Source of the DNA: Balanoglossus misakiensis
Lineage: Eukaryota > Animalia > Hemichordata
Reading direction: 5' to 3'
Length of the DNA stretch: 64,000 bases
Assembly: GCA_040954595.2 (NCBI GenBank)
Contig: CM082588.2
Location: forward strand, 7,734,844 to 7,798,843
Shown here piece after piece: positions 53,371-64,000 of the stretch. The notes under the pieces were generated by a model. The model had not been told where the DNA came from and searched no databases. It saw only the letters and a list, made by a program, of their open reading frames with translations. Position 1 is the stretch's first letter, and each line of letters opens with the position of its first letter. Both the position numbers and the translations under genes were made by a program.

Positions 53371-54630
53371 TAAAGTGAACAAATAAACAAAATTTGATTT
53401 GTTCACTTTATAACAGTACTGGACTCAAATATCTACCATGAAGTGTTTTTCTTGACCAGAACTATGACAATTTCAAAAGGCTTATAAGTTCCACAGATTT
53501 ACAGGTATTATTGAATATTTGAAAGTTATGTTTATAAAGCTATGGCTGTGAGAAGAACAGCCACTTATAGGATGAATAATATTGTTCAACTTTCTTTGTA
53601 TTTGTGTAGTCAGCATTCAATTTGTATTTGTGTGATGTATTACTTTATTTGAGAACTGGATGTTCTCCTTGCATTTGGACCTGAGGTCTTGAAATGCAAT
53701 AAATTACTTACTGGCTGTGAGAAGAGCAGCCACTTGCCACTCATAGAGTGTATAATATTGTTCAACTTTCTTTGTATTTGTGTAGTCAGCATTCACTTTG
53801 TATTTGTGTGATGTATTACTTTATTTGAGAACTGGATGTTCTCCTTGCATTTGGACCTGAGGTCTTGAAACGCAATAAATTACTATTATTATTACTGGCT
53901 GTGAGAAGAGCAGCCACTTGCCACTCATAGAGTGTGTAATATTGTTCAACTTTCTTTGTATTTGTGTAGTCAGCATTCACTTTGTATTTGTGTGATGTAT
54001 TACTTTATTTGAGAACTGGATGTTCTCCTTGCATTTGGACCTGAGGTCTTCAAACGCAATAAATTACTTTTATTATTACTGGCTGTGAGAAGAGCAGCCA
54101 CTTGCCACTCATAGAGTGTGTAATATTGTTCAACTTTCTTTGTATTTGTGTAGTCAGCATTCACTTTGTATTTGTGTGATGTATTACTTTATTTGAGAAC
54201 TGGATGTTCTCCTTGCATTTGGACCTGAGGTCTTGAAACGCAATAAATTACTATTATTATTACTGGCTGTGAGAAGAGCAGCCACTTGCCACTCATAGAG
54301 TGTGTAATATTGTTCAACTTTCTTTGTATTTGTGTAGTCAGCATTCACTTTGTATTTGTACGATGTATTACTTTATTTGAGAACTGGATGTTCTCCTTGC
54401 ATTTGGACCTGAGGTCTTGAAACGCAATTAATTACTATTATTATTACTGGCTGTGAGAAGAGCAGCCACTTGCCACTCATAGAGTGTGTAATATTGTTCA
54501 ACTTTCTTTGTATTTGTGTAGTCAGCATTCACTTTGTATTTGTGTGATGTATTAATTTATTTGAGAACTGGATGTTCTCCATGCATTTGGACCTGAGGTC
54601 TTGAAATGCAATAAATTACTATTATTATTA
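53371..54630 (+). repeat. LINE 3' fragment with 6 tail units
   Basis: Units start near 53543, 53712, 53896, 54080, 54264, 54448. Confidence 0.85.
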
Positions 54631-55743
54631 CTAAGGACACAATTTGTATGTAAAGGAAATATGCGGAGAGTAGCAGAATATTTATTTAAACCAAGTGACA
54701 CACTTTTGTAAGACACATTCCGGTATAGATTCCATTTAGTTCTGTTTCTTACCTCTGTGCAAAAATGTCAAAATTTGCTGGAAATTGTACGAAACTTATC
54801 ATGTTTGGAGATGGCACAAGAGATTATATATCTTAACTCATTGTTATACATTTGCTTATTTCTATTTATTGCTTTACTTTATTGTTTTTTTTATTGAAAT
54901 GTTTTTTTCTTAATTTCTATAGAACCTGTAAATGAGATTTGTTTCAGTTGGTCTTCCTTGAAATAAATAAAGTCTGAGAAGAAAGCAATTCTGAAAAATC
55001 TGTTTTCTTTATTTGGTCTAAACTAGTTTTTTGGGGGTTGACAAAGGAAGTTTTTTGGTGCACATTTAACGCAGAAACAGTTGACCTTGGAAATCTTCAT
55101 TTGATTTCCAACAAATTTTCTCAAAAAAACAACAGAAAATAGTAGTTGTAGGTATTTGGATGTTTTATCACACCATCTCTTAAAAATTCTCAAAAAAGAG
55201 ATACCATCGTATAAAACTGTTAAAGGTATACAGTCACCTCCAATTTAAATACGCCCATGTATGGCTGAAATGGCGTATTTGAGTGTTCTAAAAACATATG
55301 GTGGCGCTCTTTTTCGCGTGTGCCACCCACTGAAAATCTGTGATTGGCTAGATCACAATTTGCCATGGTAGCTGTAGCTAACTGTATACCTTTAATTACT
55401 TGAGCTGCCACAAGATTGCCTCAGTGTTTTTCCTAAGGCCAGGAAACACTGGTAAATGAGTTGGGAGTCCCGGTAACACTTCTGCTATCTACCAATACGA
55501 CTGCATTGTATACGGCTGCATTGACATACAAAGGGGAACCCCGGTAACATTTATCTGGCTACTGCCCTTAACAAAAACACTGCACTTTCTCTGCTATTTC
55601 AGTCCAAAGAACAATTACACCAGGAAAAATATGTGTGTCAATTAACGTCTTAAAAATAGAAAACATTGCAAGGGTCCCTTCTCCAATCCAAAATGAAGTA
55701 GTGTAATTTTTTTTCTCCCAAATGGGGGACAGGTGGTGTTCCT

Positions 55744-55830
55744 TCAGTAAAACGAAAAATAATTCTCGCTCCTCCCATCATTTGTGTACTTGTACGCACA
55801 GTCCAACATATATTTCAGTCTTCTGTACAT
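55744..55830 (-). pseudogene. Orphan last exon of DUF4211 gene
   Basis: Diverged copy of 18978-19064. Confidence 0.7.
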
Positions 55831-56491
55831 CTGCAAGAGAAAAACAAATGTATTCAAAGTCCATGAGCTGTAAGTTTAGGATTTTTTGAAATTATTGAGA
55901 TCTTTGTATCAAGAACAGTTTCTCCTCAACCAATTTAAACATCATGAAATGCTCACTGTTTATCAACACAGTTCATGTCTGTACATGCAGTCAGCATTGT
56001 TTGTTTGTGAACACTTGAATTCATTTCTCCAGAAACACTTACCACCAGTATTACTTGTACACAGACTATGTTGACAAGCAGAACACTTTTTAGCATGATG
56101 AAAATGTAGTCAAATAATAAAGCTAATGCTCAATTAAAAAGTATTAGACCATGGCGTACACTTGAGTATTTTTACGTACATGAATGTCTCAAATCAACAC
56201 AAGGTAGCTTTCAACCTTATAGCTTTCATCACACTGGAGTTGACCCTTGACCTTACAGTATATCATTGGTGGTTGAGTTATATGTTAGTATTGACTTCAC
56301 AATTACTGCAACCCAACCAACATAACATTTCGAAAGCTTGTTGATGAGGTCATCAACATAGACATAAATAAATATGGGGAAGTACACCTCCTTAACCTAA
56401 CTACATGGATGTATAGAGGAACCCCCTAATTAGCATTTTGACCTATCTGAAGTCAAATGCCATGAATATATTCAGGCGAAAACGAGGTTGA

Positions 56492-56502
56492 GGGGATTCC
56501 CC
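56492..56502 (+). promoter_or_regulatory. NF-kappaB-type site upstream of headless copy 6
   Basis: GGGGATTCCCC. Confidence 0.5.
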
Positions 56503-56682
56503 GATGATATCACCATTGCGGACAATCATATATTTCTTTTTGTTTACATGTACTTGCTTACTAGTATTTAGCGCCAATGTCAGTGGCCTTCACATTTGAA
56601 ATCGTAGCCCCCAAACATTGATTTGTTGAACTTTTCTAGTCGTATGATATAAGTTACGAGAACTTAATCTGATTGTATCATT

Positions 56683-57441
56683 GAGGGGGGGGATTTGAAA
56701 AAATTAAGGGTATGTAAGGGGGGGGATTTGAAATAATTTAGGGACTGAAAGGGGACTTGAAAACTTTAACGACTAAATATTTATTTTGAGTCCACAAAAA
56801 TGCAGTTTCGCGCCCTTTATTTTACAAAATTTTCTAATGTGAGAGGGGGACACCCCCTCCCACACCCACCCCCTCCATTCATCAACACCTTTCAATCATT
56901 GACTGGTTTATCTAGTGTCCCAGGTCAGGGGACTTGCCCCCACCCCATGATAACTTTGAGCGGCGACGGTTAAATTTGTCCTCCCCAACATACCGGTAGT
57001 TGAGTTAATTTGCTTTTGCCGGGTTCATTAAAATGCAGCTTTGAGCTCTGTATTTTAGAAAATTTTCTTACGTGGGAGGGGGACACCCCCTCCCAAACCC
57101 ACCCCCTTCAATTATCGGTTTACAATGTCTCCCAACACAGAATACAAATATATGTACTTAAAAAATACAAAAAATGTTCAGTTTTAATACCCACTGATGA
57201 GGGGAAACATCAGTTTCAAATTCTTTTCATGGGAGTGCTGTTTTTCTTTTTACAAGATAGATAGGTGATGTGTTTTGCTCTGTGAAAGAAAATGGGGGGG
57301 GGGATTTCAAAATTTTGGCAGTTCGGAAGGGGGGGATTTGAAAATATTGGCAGTTTGGAAGGGGGGCATGTGAAAATTAGCGGTAAAAAAAATTGAATTC
57401 TCCCGCCCCCCCCCCCCTCCAGAGGTGTTTGTGAATGCAGC
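56683..57441. mobile_element. G/C-tract-rich insertion (possible one-ended PIF/Harbinger-like element) replacing exon 1 and MYND exon of copy 6
   Basis: Promoter homology stops at GATTGTATCATT; intron-2 homology resumes at CTAAGCAATTTATATGG; right end ...GTTTGTGAATGCAGCC|TAA. Confidence 0.55.
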
Positions 57442-58022
57442 CTAAGCAATTTATATGGGAGGACATTCCCCTGGCACAGGGCAAACAAGTAACACATGTC
57501 CCACCATATTCAATGGCACAAACAATTTCCTTTTTTGTTAAACTCTGCACCTATTCTAATTTCTTAGCTACCAACACGTTGCTATAGTAATCAACCAAGT
57601 CTCAGGAGATTTCTAAATGAGCAGGAAATCATCATTGTTAAAGTCTGAACCTATATTCTAGTTACATACCAAGCTAGATAGTATGATAATATTCACAAAC
57701 ACCTTTTAGTACATGTAAGAACTTATAAAGAAGATACTGAAAATTTCCATGTTTCACGCATAATGTTTGTATTCTCATGTGCTGAGCTGTCTGTCAAAAA
57801 GCTGGGGGTAATCACGACATGACCCTGCCTATGTGGGACACAATATGTGGTTCATATACTACGGTAGTTATGGGTCACAAGACTTCTAGTATACCATATG
57901 TAACCCCTGACTATATTATACTTAGTACAATGATGCTTTATAGCTTGTGAAAATAGTAAAATAAACGGCAACTATCTGCAATACAAAAGTCATACTATCA
58001 ATATTTCATTGTTTTTCTACAG

Positions 58023-60847
58023 ATACTTCTGCAGAGTTTGAGTGGCTTAAAGACTATCTCAAAGGATTGTACAGCCATGACTTTGACAAGTTCCAACCGT
58101 TGCCATGGAATGAAAACTTCTCACTCCATTTATCTGATGTCTATACCCGACTGAAGATGGTAGAGGTTGATGAAAGGGGTAAGATCATTAAGGACAATGA
58201 AGAAAATGACACTGTAGTTCATGAAAGTGCAATATTTGAAGCAGATAGAAAAGGAGTGAGTCCATGTAGAATAAGAATTGAAGGACCTCCAGCTATTGGC
58301 AAGTCAATGTTTTGTAGAAAGCTGGCCTACAACTGGGCTTGTGGAAAATTAGAGCAATTTAAATTAGTCTTTCTGTTGGAAATGAGATATATGAGTAAAG
58401 AATCAATCATAGAAACCATATTTGATCAATTACTTCCTGATGATGCAGAAATTTCCAGAGATGACCTTGACAAGGTTCTGAAAAGGAATGCAGATTCTGT
58501 GCTGTTCCTCTGTGATGGTTTGGATGAAATGTGTAAGGATTTCAAGGAAAGTTCCGATATTAGTCGGATTATTGCAAAGAAATTATTGCCAAGATGTACA
58601 GTAGCTATCACAACCAGGCCCCATGAATGTGACACACAGCTGAAAAACTGTGATTCACATTATCACATACAGGGCTTCACAAAGAGAGATTGTAGGGAAT
58701 ATATCATGAAGTACTTCAAGCATGAGTCTGAGACTGGTGAGAATTTGACCAAAAATTTGGAACAAAACCTCCAGTTTAAATGGTTGGATGATTTCCTTAG
58801 TAATCCCTTACATGTTTCATTTCTTTGTGTACTGTGGGAGGATCATCAAGATGGTGACCATTTCCCAACTAGAGTGACAGAGTTGTATTTTGAAGTATTG
58901 AAGTGTATTTTGAAGAGGTATTGTTCCAAGACTGGAGTCTGTCTTGATGAACAAGGAGAAGTACCCGTTGATATCATGGCTGATGTAAATAAACTGGCTG
59001 CCATTGCTTATAATTATCTGAAACAGGGAAAAATACTCATAAATGAGGTAGATGTGATGCCATCATGGCTCTTGTCACTAGGGTTACTTGTGCGTGATTG
59101 CGGTGTATCTCGCACAAAACCAAAGAAAGTTTGTTTCTTTTGTCACAAAAGTTGGCTGGAATATTTTGCTGCTATACATATTGCTGAATGTGTGAAGGAT
59201 ACTGCTTCCTTTGATGAGTTTCAATTTCTATCTGACGACATTTACCACAATTTCCAAGTCTTGGTATTTCTGACTGGGACTCTGAAGGAGAAAGCTGGTC
59301 CAGTATTTAAGGAAATTGGGATGGAGACGTGCAAGTCTGCAGGTGATACTCACTTAACCGACAAAATGAACCGCTATATAGATTTCTTACATGAAAGTGT
59401 CAATTATGAAGCATTTTTGAAATTCATAGAACCCATCCTTTATCAATTGAAGTGTGTCGCTTGTAGTCGTTCATTTTATTATAGCGCAAACAGATCTGTG
59501 TTTGTCAATACTATATGTATCTCTTTACCATTACCATATTTTCTAAGTGACGATTTGAATTTTCGTACAATGTATTATGAAAATAGTTACTTGATGATAA
59601 TCATTTATATACTGAAGTATATACACTCACGTGAAAGTAGACCCAAATTTAATAAAAATCTCCAGTTAGATATAAACAAAATGCAATCATCAGAGATTTT
59701 CTATTTGGCAGAGGCACTGGAGAAGAATCTTATTTCTCTTGAATGCCTTGTGTTGTATGTGACTTCATCCAATGACAAGGATCTGCTTCAGTTGGCAAAA
59801 GCTTTCAGAGAAACCAAAGCGGTACAAAACATTTATATCGTTGTAGGGATTGATATGGAAATTGTTGTTGACAGCACTCCCAAATGTAAGCAAGACACCT
59901 CAAATAAAGAAACAGATTTGACATCACGCACTTTAGGAAACCTTATTGAAAATGCTGTGAAAAATAAGCATATTGATTGTTTGTCATTGTATACAGTACT
60001 CGTGTCTGACCATCAACGGGAGCAAATTGATAACATTGTTCCATTTAAGTCATTCGAACAGGCCAGGCACTTTCATAATATTGTGGAAACCGAAATGGCA
60101 GGTTTAAATAGCGTATTATTGAAAGTTGCTGATATGCTTGAACACTGTCAATCTACCAAGGTTTGTCATGTGGTACTTTTTGCTTACACATTTTCTGCCA
60201 TTGAGGGTAGTACTGCAAGAGCTTTGTTAAAGGCTGTTGAAAATATCAGCAAAACAATTAAATCTCTTACCTTGTTTGTCACATCAGAATATGTAAAGAT
60301 ACCTTTTATATCTGATGTTGTGAATAAGATTTTACACATTTTGATATCTAACACCACATTAGAGGATCTTAAGTTATCTATAGAGAATGACAATGTTGAT
60401 GCTGTATCGAAGTTTATTCAATGTAATAAGTATGTCAAGTCACTGTCCTTTGCTCTGTTTCAGTCCAGAATGAGCATAGACCATTTATGTTCAGCTCTAT
60501 GTGCTGCTTTGAGTTCCAATACAACTCTGGAAAGCTTTGCGCTGCATTTTTGTTATGAGTTTGATATACTTCATAGAAACCCTAAACTTTCCACTGAGCA
60601 TAAGTATACCTGTATTAGTCAATTCATATTACCAACACATAGGTTATTGTGTGATGAAAAAAACGCATTGAAGACGATTTCATTTACTTTTCCATCATTT
60701 AGTCCAGATCGCAGTGATTATATTGTCAATGTCATGACCGAGTATTTTAAAGGAAATGTTTCCTGGTCATACCAATACACTGTGAAGGAGCAGATCTTGT
60801 ATTACATGTATATTCACATTCTGAAAGTATCAATCAGTGAACCCTAG
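58023..60847 (+). CDS. NLR copy 6, NACHT-LRR exon without its own exon 1 (headless)
   Basis: Intact acceptor and uninterrupted 926-aa ORF; no HEPN exon between 53134 and 58023. Confidence 0.75.
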
Positions 60848-61067
60848 AGAATACTGAATGCCACATTTGCATAAGATGCAATCTGTTATATAGGGGAGAC
60901 TCCATGAAAAATTGTAAACATACATACACACACATACACTTAATTTAAGGTACAGATGTGAAATATACCAAGCTATACTATAGACATCAATGCTTGCACA
61001 GTTTAGTCTAACTGACGAGGGATTTTCAAAATATTGTCTGTAGATGGCAAGATTTACTAAGGACACA

Positions 61068-62152
61068 TAAAGTGAACAAATAAACAGAATTTAATTTGTT
61101 CACTTTATAACAGTACTGGACTCAAATATCTACCATGAAGTGTTTTTCTTGACCGGAACTGTGACAATTTCAAAAGGCTTATGAGTTCCACAGATTTACA
61201 GGTATCATTGAATATTTGCAAGTATGTTTATAAAGCTATGGCTGTGAGAAGAGCAGCCACTTGTAGGATGAATAATATTGTTCAACTTTCTTTGTATTTG
61301 TGTAGTCAGCATTCACTTTGTATTTGTGCGATGTATTACTCTATTTGAGAACTGGATGTTCTCCTTGCATTTGGACCTGAGGTCTTCAAACGCAATAAAT
61401 TACTATTATTATTACTGGCTGTGAGAAGAGCAGCCACTTGCCACTCATAGAGTGTATAATATTGTTCAACTTTCTTTGTATTTGTGTACTCAGCATTCAC
61501 TTTGTATTTGTGTGATGTATTACTTTATTTGAGAACTGGATGTTCTCCTTGCATTTGGACCTGAGGTCTTGAAACGCAATAAATTACTATTATTATTACT
61601 GGCTGTGAGAAGAGCAGCCACTTGCCACTCATAGAGTGTATAATATTGTTCAACTTTCTCTGTATTTGTGTAGTCAGCATTTCACTTTGTATTTGTGTGA
61701 TGTATTACTTTATTTGAGAACTGGATGTTCTCTTTGCATTTGGACCTGAGGTCTTGAAACGCAATAAATTACTATTATTATTACTGGCTGTGAGAAGAGC
61801 AGCCACTTGCCACTCATAGAGTGTATAATATTGTTCAACTTTCTTTGTATTTGTGTACTCAGCATTCACTTTGTATTTGTGTGATGTATTACTTTATTTG
61901 AGAACTGGATGTTCTCCTTGCATTTGGACCTGAGGTCTTGAAACGCAATAAATTACTATTATTATTACTGGCTGTGAGAAGAGCAGCCACTTGCCACTCA
62001 TAGAGTGTATAATATTGTTCAACTTTCTCTGTATTTGTGTAGTCAGCATTTCACTTTGTATTTGTGTGATGTATTACTTTATTTGAGAACTGGATGTTCT
62101 CCTTGCATTTGGACCTGAGGTCTTCAAACGCAATAAATTACTATAATTATTA
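61068..62152 (+). repeat. LINE 3' fragment with 5 tail units
   Basis: Units start near 61239, 61416, 61600, 61785, 61969. Confidence 0.85.
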
Positions 62153-63381
62153 CGAAGGACACAATTTGTATGTAAGGAAATATGTGGAGAGTAGCAGAAT
62201 ATTTATTTAAACCAAGTGACACAGTTTTGTAAGACACATTCCTGTACAGATTCAATTTAGTTCTGTTTCTAACCTCTGTCCAAAATGCCAACATTTGCTG
62301 GAAATTGTATGAGACTTATCAAGTTTGGAGATGGCACAACAAGAGTTTAAATATCTTAACTCATTGTCATACATTTGCTTATTTCTATTTCTTGCTTTAC
62401 TTTGTTATTTTTTTATTGAAATGTTTTTTTCTTAATTTCTTTAGAACCTGTAAATGAGACTTGTTCCAGTTGGTCTTTCTGGAAATAAATATAGTCTGAG
62501 AAGAAAGCAATTCTGAAAAATCTGTTTTCTTTATTTTATTTAAAACAGAATGAATAAAAAGATCGAAAGGTTGTATTATGTAAAGCGAGGGGAAAATATT
62601 GTTAAACGAATGTAAAAGTTTGACTCTAGTGCAACTAATGCAAAATATATTTAAGGGACAAAGTCTCTCTCTCGTTGCCCCTTTTTCCAATAATTAGGTT
62701 AAATACAAGACACCGTTATGTTATTCTACATGCGGATATATAGTGCGTCAACGTTCGACTACACACAATTTCCATCCCACTTATTGACATGAGAGTGAAA
62801 AACTCGCCAAAATGAATAATCGATCTCTATGAATTACTAAATAGAGAAATGTCTAGGAGTCTTCTCAAAACATTGTTACACATGGCCAGATCACATGACT
62901 GATTGTAAAGAATATATTCATCGATATCGTCACACATATCGCTTAAAATGACGTGACTTTTTTAGATGGCATGTCTACAAAACCAAGACTGTTATCATTC
63001 AGATGTACTGAAGGCTTTTTGCTTTATATCTTCACATTTGTTCCATTAAAATCCTACACACAGTTTTACTACAATAATTATATACAATATATTGCTTTCA
63101 CATATTTTAAGAAGATGTTCTATACCCTTCACGCTTTAGCTGTACAGTGCTTTCGTCAGCGTCAAAGCCAAAATGTTAGTATTGACTCCACAAATACTGC
63201 AACCCATCCAACATTACATTTCGAAAGCTTGTTGATGAGGTCATCAACATAGACATAAATAAATATGGGAAAGTACACCTCCTTAACCTAACTACATGGA
63301 TATATAGAGGAACACCGTATTAGCATTTTGACCTATCTGAAGTCAAATGCCATGAATATTTGCAGGCGAAAACGAGGTTGA

Positions 63382-63392
63382 GGGGATTCCCC
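63382..63392 (+). promoter_or_regulatory. NF-kappaB-type site upstream of NLR copy 7
   Basis: GGGGATTCCCC. Confidence 0.55.
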
Positions 63393-63848
63393 GATGATAT
63401 CACCATTACGGACAACCATATATTTCTTTTTGTTTATATGTACTTGCCTCCTAGTATTTTGCGCCAATGTCAGTGGCCTTCACATTTGAAATCGTAGCCC
63501 CCAAATATCGATTTGTTGGACTTGTCTTCCCATATGATATAAAGTAACGAGAAACTTCATCAGATTGTATCATTCTAACCACTTAACTCTAGCACTCAAA
63601 ATATTTCAAGTGACTTTCACATATACATATACATGGAATGGTAAGGCCACTGTTCCAAGCCTCTGTTAGACTGTGTGTTTGTGATTTACACACAGAGTTG
63701 GAATTTGCGCCTGGTTTTAGAAAATGTGAACATTTTAGTGTATCACCAACACTGTTCGAGTTAATCTTGGAAGTGGAGATCTTCATATATCTGCGCTCAA
63801 GTGCTTCCAGAACTGGAGTCAAGTTGTGTTTTGTGATATCGTACAAAG

Positions 63849-64000
63849 ATGGCGACCGGTGGTGCATTTTTAACTACAGCCGAGAAGGTGAATCACGCTA
63901 GACTTTGTCGACTACTTATTGACGACGGATCTAAAGCGGTGAGATGTGTATTTGACAACAAGATTCCACCTAATGTGCTTGCAAACACCCTTAACAAGCA
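63849..64000 (+). CDS. NLR copy 7, start of exon 1 (HEPN), truncated by window end
   Basis: MATGGAFLTTAEKVNHARLCRLLIDDGSKAVRCVFDNKIPPNVLANTLNK. Confidence 0.85.
   Translation, partial: MATGGAFLTTAEKVNHARLCRLLIDDGSKAVRCVFDNKIPPNVLANTLNK

Overview
This is AT-rich, intron-containing eukaryotic DNA, most likely from a marine invertebrate (inference). It carries a head-to-tail tandem array of seven related NLR-type immune genes on the + strand. The gene model, supported by GT-AG junctions that are all phase 1, has three parts. Exon 1 encodes a DZIP3-like HEPN domain with an intact R-x4-H motif (RNRLQH) followed by a variable-copy 28/32-aa coiled-coil repeat. A 132-bp symmetric exon encodes a MYND zinc finger. 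A ~2.8-kb terminal exon encodes NACHT, winged-helix and a degenerate, hypervariable LRR region. Copies differ in linker length (8+, 3, 9, 6 units), in MYND presence and integrity, and in LRR surface residues; copy 6 has lost exon 1 and MYND but keeps an open NACHT-LRR exon. Every visible upstream region has a perfect kappaB site (GGGGATTCCCC). Every complete 3' region has a 5'-truncated LINE whose 184-bp tail is amplified 2-12 times. Interleaved passengers are two AAC4-like genes (+), one multi-exon DUF4211/CCDC82-like gene (-) with three orphan copies of its last exon, and several MITEs plus a Helentron-associated (HINE-like) element.
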